This document shows positions 1 to 9,400 of a stretch of 54,596 bases of DNA, one piece after another. The translations under genes were made by a program, and so were the position numbers. The notes beneath the pieces were generated by a model, which saw nothing but the letters and a program-made list of their open reading frames with translations, ran no database searches and was not told the DNA's origin. How positions within the stretch are numbered: position 1 is the first letter of the stretch; the number at the start of each line of letters is the position of its first letter. Source of the DNA: Candidatus Woesearchaeota archaeon. Lineage in GTDB: Archaea; Nanobdellota; Nanobdellia; Woesearchaeales; UBA10216. The stretch covers positions 1 through 54,596 of the forward strand of contig JACPBX010000006.1 of the NCBI GenBank assembly GCA_016180085.1, in the 5' to 3' direction.

Positions 1-74
1 ATTCGCCCGTAAACCTCTCCTGCATAGTTGCCTAAAAACTGCTTCAGGATGCCAAAATACTTTTTGTGTATCAT
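1..74 (-). CDS. 5' part of a hypothetical protein running off the window edge (MIHKKYFGILKQFLGNYAGEVYGR...)
   Basis: ATG at 74-72 on the minus strand, open to the edge; too short to assign a family. Confidence 0.45.
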   Translation of the reverse strand, partial: MIHKKYFGILKQFLGNYAGEVYGR

Positions 75-75
75 T

Positions 76-91
76 TTACACAATTGTGTAA
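76..91. promoter_or_regulatory. Perfect 16-bp palindrome TTACACAATTGTGTAA, candidate operator
   Basis: Exact palindrome immediately upstream of the ATG at 74. Confidence 0.4.
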
Positions 92-267
92 TTTATTACA
101 TATATAATGGTTTCGTTATTTGCCTTCTGTGCAAAGCCGACTGCAAAATCCGAAACCTTTAAATATTACTTCCATACAAATATGGACAAGTAGGGTGGCT
201 TTTGGGGTGTTGGACAGTAACTCAGGCAGTAACCTTAGCTTAGTGGCAAATCGGGGTTGAAACGCGC

Positions 268-426
268 TTGACAAAAGTAAAAGTTTCTATGACCATTGAC
301 GATGAGGTATTTGCTGCTTTCAAGAACTTTTGCAGGCAGAACGGCATGAAGGTCAGCACCAAGGTAGAGCAGCTCATGAAGGATAACGTCAAGAATTCAA
401 CCCTCCAGCAGTTCATCAGGCAGTGA
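268..426 (+). CDS. Small ribbon-helix-helix (CopG-like) protein, 52 aa, not in the ORF track
   Basis: TTG start after GGGGTTG; translates to (M)TKVKVSMTIDDEVFAAFKNFCRQNGMKVSTKVEQLMK..., the strand-helix-helix pattern of RHH proteins. Confidence 0.7.
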   Translation: MTKVKVSMTIDDEVFAAFKNFCRQNGMKVSTKVEQLMKDNVKNSTLQQFIRQ

Positions 427-473
427 CTTTCATCAGCATAGCTTAGCGTGAGTCGGGAATAATTGAAGGGGAG

Positions 474-493
474 ACCCTTTACAAAAAAAGGGT
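474..493. repeat. Short hairpin ACCCTTT-loop-AAAGGGT
   Basis: Inverted repeat resembling the CCTTTTT...AAAAAGG hairpins at 50506 and 52044. Confidence 0.35.
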
Positions 494-612
494 GTGTCGC
501 TTAATGGGAGATAGCTTTAGATTTAGGGATAATCTCGTAATTACTTGCGGCAGCAATAATTTCTATCATGCCTCATTTTCTTTGCCGTTATCTGCGGCGT
601 TTTGGATTGACC

Positions 613-660
613 CCCAAATCGACGGCAGTCGATTGGGCCCAGTCGCATCAGCGACTTGGG
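613..660. repeat. Double-hairpin palindromic element, copy 1 (intergenic)
   Basis: CCCAAATCG-ACGGCAGT-CGATTGGG CCCAGTCG-CATCAG-CGACTTGGG; same stems as 42604-42654 and 50611-50661. Confidence 0.85.
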
Positions 661-682
661 CTTTCCCAAAGGGTCACGACAC

Positions 683-716
683 ACCCTTATCTCCTTCTCA
701 CGCGGGGGATAAGGGT
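683..716. terminator. 12-bp stem-loop downstream of the minus-strand PIN gene; terminator or repeat
   Basis: ACCCTTATCTCC / GGGGATAAGGGT, about 40 nt past the stop at 758. Confidence 0.35.
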
Positions 717-757
717 TATTCTTATTTTGGGCAATGGCCCGTGTACATAGCGAGCAT

Positions 758-1183
758 TCATGATAGAATTCCTTTTGCCTTGAGTTCACTAACCAGCTCA
801 GAAGTTGTAAAAGCCTCTACGGAATTCTGCTTCTTGAAATGGTTATCGTTTGACCAGATAGGAATGCCGTTCATTGACAGTGAGAGTGCAAGGTACTCTG
901 TGTCGTCTTTATCTGGGATAAGGCTGTTGGCTTTATCCAGAAACATCTCAAACTGCTCCTTTGCAACGAAAGCAATTCTTCCCTTAATGATTCCTAGCAG
1001 ATTGTCAGTTTCACTTTCCGAAAGTCCTGTTACCTCGATTAGCCGTATCTTGTGTTCTTCTATCTCATCAGCCAAATGTTCGGGAGCGTGCAGTTTTAGA
1101 GCGTCAAGGAATATGATTTCCTTAGTCACTCCCTTGCCAGCTATTGCGGTGAACACTATCGAAGCGTCTATGACTAAGTCCAC
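758..1183 (-). CDS. PIN-domain (VapC-like) toxin
   Basis: N-terminal LVIDASIV, later DKDD.EYLAL and IWSNDNHF, giving the PIN acidic active-site pattern; directly abuts the upstream antitoxin gene. Confidence 0.85.
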   Translation of the reverse strand: MDLVIDASIVFTAIAGKGVTKEIIFLDALKLHAPEHLADEIEEHKIRLIEVTGLSESETDNLLGIIKGRIAFVAKEQFEMFLDKANSLIPDKDDTEYLALSLSMNGIPIWSNDNHFKKQNSVEAFTTSELVSELKAKGILS

Positions 1184-1423
1184 TCACCTCAGCTCCTTGT
1201 ACAGCCTCTTATATCTCTCATGCAGTGACTTGTTCACAGCCCTGCCAAGCTTTACAGCATCCTCCTCAGTCATCTTTGACTTTGAGACTATTGACTTGAA
1301 CAGCTTGTATTCCATCACCCTCTCCGATATTGCTTTCCTCGCTATCTCAGACCAGTTCATTTCCGGAAGCTCATCCATTTCCTTTTTCAAATCCTCCGGC
1401 ACAGCTAATGTTAATGTCGGCAT
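1184..1423 (-). CDS. RHH-type antitoxin (VapB/CopG-like)
   Basis: MPTLTLAVPEDLKKEM...NWSEIARKAI; GAGGTG RBS before ATG 1423; directly upstream of the PIN gene. Confidence 0.8.
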   Translation of the reverse strand: MPTLTLAVPEDLKKEMDELPEMNWSEIARKAISERVMEYKLFKSIVSKSKMTEEDAVKLGRAVNKSLHERYKRLYKELR

Positions 1424-1455
1424 GTTAACCACCTCATCAGTTAATACAGTTATCA

Positions 1456-1469
1456 CACATAATTATGTG
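1456..1469. promoter_or_regulatory. Perfect 14-bp palindrome CACATAATTATGTG, likely TA autoregulatory operator
   Basis: Lies between a TATA-like TTTATAA (1474-1480) and the antitoxin start. Confidence 0.55.
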
Positions 1470-1587
1470 CAACTTTATAAATCTTCCGCTCATGGACAAA
1501 GGCTCGTTGACATGGCTGTGTTACCGCGGCCCTCCGTCAAGGAGGAGGGTAAGGCAGCCGTGTCCGTGCCGTCCAAACAGCAGAGGC

Positions 1588-1798
1588 ACTCCGCCTTTGC
1601 CGCTGTTCCCTTATCCACTCCCTCAATTGCCAACACCAACGGCACCACAGTGAACGGTGCCTTCATTGCCAATGCGAGCATTGCAAGGGCAACCGACAAA
1701 CTCTTCACCAACGTCAACTTCAGCAACGAGAACGGTACATTTGAAGAAAACAGCACGTTCAAGTGGCTCAAGCGCACCCTTTACCAGCTGCAGAACCG
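1588..1798 (+). pseudogene. Fragment duplicating the 5' end of the giant gene (mature N-terminus, no signal peptide)
   Basis: DNA closely matches 3512-3722; peptide SAFAAVP...NGAFIANASIARATDKLFTN.NF..ENGTFEENSTFKWLKRTLYQ.QNR. Confidence 0.85.
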
Positions 1799-1863
1799 CG
1801 TTACAAGTGAGGCGGAACTATGAAGAAGTGTCTTTCCAGCATGTATGAGCACGTCATCAGTTG

Positions 1864-2205
1864 TTACTTCAGGCGCCTTATCCTTGCCTGTCCTTCTTTG
1901 ACGACCACGAAACCGCCTTCTGCCTTGTCAAGGACGCCTTTTGCCAGTTCAAACCGTTCCTTTGGATCAATTGTGGATACACGTAGAAGGATTACGCCGC
2001 ATGACGGCCTGCCCAGCCGGAAGACGAGTTCACCGAAGTCTTTGTCATTGGTGACGACTATCCTCCCTTCATTTTTGGCTTTGGCGAGGATTTCCTCATC
2101 GCTGCGCAGCGGGAGAAGGTCTTTTGCGAAGATGGCGTCGTGCCCTGCCTGTTTTAAGAGGCTGGTGAACTTCCTGCCAAGATTTGTGTCTATGAGAAAT
2201 TTCAT
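1864..2205 (-). CDS. DUF5615-family PIN-like toxin
   Basis: Start at MKFLIDTNLG; contains D.EIL..A..EGRIVVTNDKDFGEL; downstream of a DUF433 gene. Confidence 0.85.
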   Translation of the reverse strand: MKFLIDTNLGRKFTSLLKQAGHDAIFAKDLLPLRSDEEILAKAKNEGRIVVTNDKDFGELVFRLGRPSCGVILLRVSTIDPKERFELAKGVLDKAEGGFVVVKEGQARIRRLK

Positions 2206-2221
2206 ATTGCCTGCCTTCGTG

Positions 2222-2461
2222 TCAGCTGCCGGCAATCTGTGGAAAAATCTCTTCATTGTCCGCGAGGTTTCCTGCATAGGTAAGGGCAGCTTTGATGTCC
2301 TCTCTGGTAATCTCAAGGTCTTTCTCTATTGTTTCAAAACTTTGGCCTTGGGCGACCCTGTTGGTGACTTCGTAGACCGTAACCCTCGTTCCCTTAATCA
2401 CGGGTTTGCCTACCATGACCTTAGGGTCTACCACTATCCTTCCCATAATGTCGTTTTCCAT
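2222..2461 (-). CDS. DUF433-family antitoxin
   Basis: RIVVDPKVMVGKPVIKGTRVTV signature; TATA-like TTTATAA about 25 nt upstream. Confidence 0.9.
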   Translation of the reverse strand: MENDIMGRIVVDPKVMVGKPVIKGTRVTVYEVTNRVAQGQSFETIEKDLEITREDIKAALTYAGNLADNEEIFPQIAGS

Positions 2462-2544
2462 GACGATGCACCACTTAATCACACTTATAAATCTTTCCTC
2501 TCATTTGTTAGCTTGGGTAAAGGGGTGTTTGGGGAATCATAAGC

Positions 2545-2716
2545 TTGCTTAATGGCAAAAAGGGGAAGTTTTACCTCAGGTTCGTCATAGCCGCAGCGCT
2601 CCTCATCGCGGCAGTTTACTCCTACTCCGCCTTTGCCGCCGTTTCCTTATCCACTCCCTCAATCGCCAACACCAACGGCACGACAATCAGCAGCGCCCTC
2701 GTAGCCAACGCATCTC
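2545..2716 (+). pseudogene. Second fragment of the giant gene 5' end (complete leader plus about 25 aa)
   Basis: KKGKFYLRFVIAAALLIAAVYSYSAFAAV.LSTPSIANTNGTT matches giant KKGKLYLRFVVAVAILAAALYAYSAFAAV; DNA nearly identical to 1588-1647. Confidence 0.8.
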
Positions 2717-2732
2717 CCAGAGGTGGTTGCCT

Positions 2733-3263
2733 GTGAAGAGGGTTATTTTTGATACTAATATTTACGGAAGAATAATCGAAAACGGGGAACTGGCTTTTGT
2801 TTCTGACAGCGTTGCAAGCGTTTTGATAAATTATGGCAGTGTTGTTGTTAGGCAGGAATTGAAAAGTTACGAAGGAAAAAGGGTGGTTTTTCACGAGGGT
2901 AAAGTGAGGAAGTTCAGGGCTTTGCTGCTTGAGGCTTATGATGCGCTTGTAAAAAAAACTTACGAGATTGATGGGAAAACTGACAGGCTTGCTGAAGAAT
3001 ACTTTGTGGCTTACGAAAAGTTGGGTGGTAAAGAATTGAGAGAGAGGATAATTAATGATTTCCTGGTTGTTGCTACTGCTGCAATCCATGAGCTGGAAAT
3101 TGTTTATACAGAAGAAAAAGAAGGCAGCACGAGAACGATGCGCTCGCCTGAGGCGTTGAAGGCTTACGAGATAATTAATGAGCTAAACAGCCTGAAGTTG
3201 CCTCAGTTTAAGAGCTACCAAGAATTGAAAGCCACCTTGAAGTCTAGGAGGTGGTTTGCTTGA
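2733..3263 (+). CDS. PIN-domain protein
   Basis: RVIFDTNIY, INDFLVVATAAIHELEIVYTEE; GAGGTG RBS before GTG 2733 (the ORF track starts at 2727). Confidence 0.75.
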   Translation: MKRVIFDTNIYGRIIENGELAFVSDSVASVLINYGSVVVRQELKSYEGKRVVFHEGKVRKFRALLLEAYDALVKKTYEIDGKTDRLAEEYFVAYEKLGGKELRERIINDFLVVATAAIHELEIVYTEEKEGSTRTMRSPEALKAYEIINELNSLKLPQFKSYQELKATLKSRRWFA

Positions 3264-3366
3264 TGAAGTCCTTTACGATTGCCCTGAACTCCGGGTCTTT
3301 CATGGCCTCGGCTATCTCTGCATCGATTTCCTCAGCTGTTCGCTTGTGTTTCAAAACCTGTCTCAT
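3244..3366 (-). CDS. Small 40-aa hypothetical protein (MRQVLKHKRTAEEIDAEIAEAMKDPEFRAIVKDFIKQTTS), possible antitoxin
   Basis: Purine-rich BRE plus TTTAAA (3392-3397) about 26 nt upstream of the ATG, consistent with a leaderless mRNA; convergent with the PIN gene. Confidence 0.45.
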   Translation of the reverse strand: MRQVLKHKRTAEEIDAEIAEAMKDPEFRAIVKDFIKQTTS

Positions 3367-3462
3367 GGACAGTTATTTGAGTTTATTCATATTTAAACCT
3401 TTCGCAGGCGGGGGTGTCAGGCAATTAGCGGCTTAGTAGTTTCAAAAAAGGGGAAGCTGTAC

Positions 3463-6400
3463 TTGCGATTCGTAGTGGCAGTTGCCATCCTAGCAGCCGC
3501 CCTCTACGCCTACTCCGCCTTTGCAGCCGTTCCAGCCGCAACTCCAGCCATTGTCAACGCCAACGCCACCACCGTGAACGGCGCCTTCATTGCCAATGCG
3601 AGCATTGCAAGGGCAACCGACAAACTCTTCACCAACGCCAACTTCGGCAGCGAGAACGGCACATTTGAAGAGAACAGCACGTTCAAGTGGCTCAAGCGCA
3701 CATTGTACCAGCCCCAGAACCGGTCATTGGTTGCTTACTGGAAGCTGGACAAGTTCCGTCAGGAATTCCAGCCTCAGGACCGCTCCCTGGTCGGCTACTG
3801 GAAGCTGGACGGGAACGCGGAGGACAGCAGCTCCTATGGCCGCCACGGCACCATTTCCGGAGCCATCCCGAACCAGAGCCAGGACTGCAAGATTGATGAC
3901 TGCCTGCTTTTTGACGGCGTGAATGATTACGTGGGTCTTGGCTACCCGTGGGATAATGTTATCGGGAGCACGTCTAATATCACTGTCTCTGCCTGGGTTA
4001 AGGGCACTTTTAAATCAAATACCGACCACTGGATAACCTCGGACCATAATTCAGGCGGGGACAGCGCTTCATTGGGAATGCTGGTTCAGAATCAAAAAGC
4101 ATTCTTTATTCGTTACGTGTCGGACGGCAGCGGATATGCACAAGCTGCAGGCACAACCTTACTCAAAAATAATACGTGGTATTACATTACCGGTACGTAT
4201 AACGGGACAAGCGTGAATGTATACGTAAATGGCGTCCTGGAGGGTTCAGTGGCAAACAACAGCGGGATGTTTAATTCTGTAACTGCCGCTTCAATAGGGC
4301 GCCCTGGCGCCTACACCGGCGCTGAAACTCACTTCAACGGCACCATTGACGAGTTCGCCGTCTCCACCTACCTCAAGTCCACAGCCGAAATCCTCAGCGA
4401 CTTCAAGGCTTCGCCTTACTATGCGAGGGACTCAAGCAGCTATGGGAACGACGGCTACAACATTTCCGGCGCCACTTTCAACAACAGCCAGAACTGCAAG
4501 ATTGATGATTGCCTGTATTTTGACGGGTTTGGCGACCACGTCAACATGAGCAACCTGAGCTACTACGCTGCCACTATCGAATTCTGGTTTAATGTCCGCC
4601 GAGGCCATATCCAGGCAAACGGCAACGGTACTACGGTGATGCAGATTGGCAATGGCTCGCAGCGCGACATACGCCTTGGCGAAACTACGGGCAGTCTTAC
4701 AAACGAGATTTTGACGATTCTGGACGGGAGGGGCGTTGAAAAGCGCACCGGCTGGACAAGCACAACCGACGTCATCCAGGCCAACACGTGGCACCATGCC
4801 GCTTTTGCATGGAACGGCACTGCCTACGACATCTATTTTGACGGCGAGAAGAAGAATGCTGCTGCCAGCACTGCTGACGGGCACACCCCGCTGCTCCTTG
4901 CGGACATGGTAGTCCTCGGCGGGGCCTTCACAGAGGGCCCGAACTTCTTCAACGGCACCCTTGACGAGGTCGCCATCTACAATTATGCCAAGTCGGCTGG
5001 CGAGATTTACAGCGACTACTACAACTCTACTTACCGCGCGATGATTTACAAGGATGCGGTGGGTTATTGGCATTTTGATAGGGACACGTGGCTTACTGAC
5101 ATGAGCGGGCAGGGGAACAATGGTGACCTGATAGGAAACGCTAACGCTTCTAACGTTTCAGGCATAATAGGGCAGGCGTTAAGCTTTGATAATAATGATG
5201 ACTTTGTCGTTGTGCGGGATGCCGCTTCCTTGAGGCTGAATGGCAGCTACACATTGGCAGCGTGGGCGTATCTTAACACCTCTGATAATAATCTGATTTT
5301 TGGAAAGCACTCAACCTCAGGTTCCATTCAAGGCTATGTTATAAACGTAGACACCAATAACAATTTTGAGTCATACTTTTGGGATAACACAGGCACTCAG
5401 AGAGGAGTTGTCGGTTCAGGTGTGGTGTCGCTTAAAGCATGGCACCATTTTGTTGTCACTTATAACAAGTCTGACATGATTCTTTACTTAGATGGGCAGG
5501 TATACACCAGCACTGTAGTGCCTGCAGGAGGGCGTGTTCCTGCCATTGGCACTAAGGATTTATGGATTGGGAGGGATGTTAATCAGAACTCCAACACCTT
5601 CAACGGCTTTATAGACGAAGTCGCCATCTACAACCGCACCCTCTCCGCCTCCGAAATCAAGCAGCTTTACCTTCGCACGTGGTATGACCAGACCCCTCAG
5701 CAGTTCCTGCTTCACCCCAGCTATCCTGACGAGCTTTCCAACAATACAGGCAACACGACCTTGCTGCTGCACTTTAATGACGGGACAGGAACAACAGCGG
5801 CTGACAGTAGTCCTTACGGCAACAGCGGCACCATAAACGGGGCGTTCTTCACTAATGATTCAATTTCGGGCAGTGCCGTGGGCTTTGATGGCGTTAATGA
5901 CAACGTCACTTTCAGCAACAGTGCGTTGTTTGATCAGACTGGAGACTTCACGCATGAAACATGGGTTAAGTTTACTGGAAACGGTGTTGTGGGAACTACA
6001 GACGTCTTTTTCGTTAAAGACGTGAATAGTTTTTTCTATATAGGAAGAGATAGAACCGTAAACAGATTTTTTGTCTGCAGGCATCTAGTACAATGCTTCG
6101 CTTACTCGAAAACACAGCCAAAAAATAACACGTGGTATCACGTTGCAATGTCTAGGAATAATGGGCTTATTACCTTGTATATTAACGGCGTGGCTGAAAA
6201 TACAACTACTGATTCAACTTCTGTCAGCGGCAGTGCCACTTCTTACATGGCTGGTTTTAAAGACCAACAGTATATGAGTGGTCAACTTGACGAGTTCAAA
6301 ATCGTCAACCGCACATTGACCGCCGCAGAGATTGCATCCGACTACCGCAAGGGCGCTGCCGGAGTCTTCGCAACCAGCGACGGCGAGCTTCCAACCACAG

Positions 6401-9400
6401 ACCCGTACTCAACCGGGGTCAGGTGGCAGCCCGGGAGGTTCGTGGAGAATTTGAGCTTGACTGGGAATTATGCCAACACAACGCTTTACCTGAGGATGGA
6501 TGAGGGCTCTGGCCAGAACGTTTCTGACATAAGCGGATATGCCAATCCTGGCATTCTTGGTGCCAACGGGAATTCAGGCACTGATGACCCTGTCTGGGTG
6601 AATGACAGCGTTGGCGGTTTGTCCCTTAAGTTTGACGGGATTAACGATATCGTTAACATCGTTGGTGCTTCCACGATAAAACCGCCCACGATATTTACAG
6701 TTGAAGCGTGGTTCAAGTCAAACGGGACAAATGAGCAGGGCGTGGTGACTACAGGCGCAACGTGCGGCGATTCGAGCGGGTGGCACCTTAATTCAAATCG
6801 ATTTATACTATACAATGGTGTTTCCGAAACAAGCTTGTCATTTATCAGCCCTCGGCCTGTTAATCAGTGGAATCATATTGCAGCAACGTATGATGGCGCA
6901 AACTTGCGGCTGTACTTGAACGGCGTGCAGGACACTAGCGTTGCGGCAACAGGCGCCATTGATTATTCCGGTGATGGGGGAAGCGATAACGTCAGAATAG
7001 GAATGGACTGGTGCAGTTCACTCTCATCACCATTGAACGGCACCGTCGACGAGGTCCGCATCCTCAACCGCTCCCTGTCAGCTTCCGAAGTCCTTTCCGA
7101 CTACAAAAAGGCAGCGAAGGGCCTCGGCCTGCTTAAGAACAGCTACATCAACTACTCGGCTTCTGGTAACTTCAACGAGCGGGAAGGCACGATAGACTTC
7201 TGGGTGAAGCCGGAGTGGAACGGGAATGACGGGAATCACCACTATCTCTTTGATACTCAAACACCTGATTCTCTTGCTGTCTTATACGTTGCTGATTCCA
7301 GTGCTGACACCCATGATTTAGCAGCTTACATGTCTAATGGCGGCCTTTACAGAATGAGGTATAGAATATCAAATTGGCTGAAAGGCGACTGGCACCATGT
7401 TGCAGTCACGTGGAATAACTATACCAGCAATACGACTTTACACATAGATGGCTTGCAAGTTAATAATTCTGGAACAGCATTTGCCATCCCAAGCCAAACG
7501 GCATTCCATTTAAGTACGACTGCAAATTCTTTTTACGCCAACGCCACATTCTCAGAGTTCCGCATCTCCCGCAAAACCCTCACAGCGCAGGAAATCAACG
7601 AGTCGTTCAGCAAGGGCAGGCAGCTCTTCAGCAACGAGTTCCTTCTCAACAACTCCAACTTCCGCAAGGGTGACAGCTTCAAAGTTGAATATACTGCCAA
7701 AGATAAGGAGAACCAGACCGGCGCTTCTGTGAACAGCAGCTTCATAACCGTTGTGAACACCCCGCCAACCAAGCCAACGATAACCTTGACTCCATCAGCC
7801 CCGCAAAGCATCCAGTCCTTAACATGCACCGGCAGCGGCAGCACTGACGTCGACAGTGGCGACCAGATTTCGTATTACTATATCTTCAACAAGACAGGCA
7901 CAATGCTTCAGGACTGGAGCACAACCGGCAGCTACAGCTGCAACGCAACCACAAGCAGCTGCAACCCAGGAGACCAGATTTTCTGTTTTGCCTACGCCTT
8001 TGACGGCACTGACAACTCAACCGACAACTCAACTTCTGTCGCAATCCAGAACACCTTCCCTGAATTAGCAAGGGGCAGCGGAATTTCTGTTATTGCCGAG
8101 CAGCCTCAGCACGAGGCACTTTACAAGAACTACAGCGTTATTGCCTCCCCAAACGCGTTGTTTGACGCTGCCGACCCTGACAACCTCCACAAGAACAACC
8201 TCACTTATTACTACACATGGTATAAGAACGGGAAGCTGCTGCCGACAAAGACGTCAACAAGTGCGAATGAGGTCCTTTATATGCCTTTTGAGGAGGGGGA
8301 GGGCAGCATTGTGCATGACCAGAGCGGGAAGGGGAATGATGGCGTGCTGAACTACCCTGATTCCAGCGGAAACGCTTCCGCAGTATGGACTACCGGCCGC
8401 TTCGGCAGGGCATTGAAGTTTGATGGTGTGGATGATAACGTTACAGTTCCGGACAGTAGCAGCTTGGATATAGGAACTTCAGACTTTACTGTGGAGGTTT
8501 GGGTTAAAAGGGAGGCTGTTGGCGGGGGCAGGCATATCATTGACAAGAGAGACCCGAGCAGTCCTTATACTGGCTATACTCTTTACCTTTCGAACGATAA
8601 CACGCTTGCTTTCCAAGTGAATGGCAATGCCCTTAACGAAAAAACGGTTAGCATTCCAAACATAAGGGATGGAGCTTGGCACAACATTGTCGTTTCTGTT
8701 GATAGGGATAGCAGTACTGGTGGCAAGTTCTACTACGATGGCATACCGGTTGGAGTAACAGACTTTAGCGGGCAGCAAGGAAGCATCTCAAACACCAGAC
8801 CTTTCGTTATCGGAGATACTTTTATTGACGGCGGCACTGATAACTGGAACGGCACCATAGACGAAGTCCACATCTACGACAAAGCTCTCACCGCTGACGA
8901 AGTCCTCCGCAACTACCGCTCCGGAGCCCACGGCATTGAATACTGGAACTACAGGAAGGGCGATGACGTTGAGGCGGCAATTGCAGCGGCTGACAGCTCT
9001 CTCATCAGCTTCTGGGGCTTTGATGAGGGCAGCGGCAGCGCGACAGCTTACGACATCACCAACCGCAACAACGGCACATTAACGAACATGAACAATACCG
9101 GCAATGCCACGAGCGGCTGGACCGCTGATGCGGTGAGGGGCGCTAGTGCCTTGCGGTTTGACGGTAATAATGACTATGTAAACACTTTTGACTTTGGTGA
9201 CCAGTTTGACAGCGGAGTTACTTGGTGCGCTTGGGTGAAGCCTTTAGATACCACTAGTGAAAAATACTACATAAACGCTATGGCGAGTGGTGACAATGAA
9301 GCTTTCACGCTTGGGCAAACCGCAGCTAACTCATACAGGTTTAGGTGGAGGGCAGGCGGCACAAGTACAGACGCAACATCTACAACAACAGTTTCTTCTG

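Noticed and set aside
540-760. Hairpin-rich intergenic region as an intron-containing tRNA
   Set aside because: No acceptor stem or TTCRA T-loop could be assembled on either strand.
492-1823. 443-aa plus-strand ORF
   Set aside because: Mostly the antisense shadow of the PIN and RHH genes; only the last ~75 aa are meaningful, as the giant-gene fragment.
1820-2542. 240-aa plus-strand ORF
   Set aside because: Antisense to DUF5615/DUF433, with no recognisable motifs.
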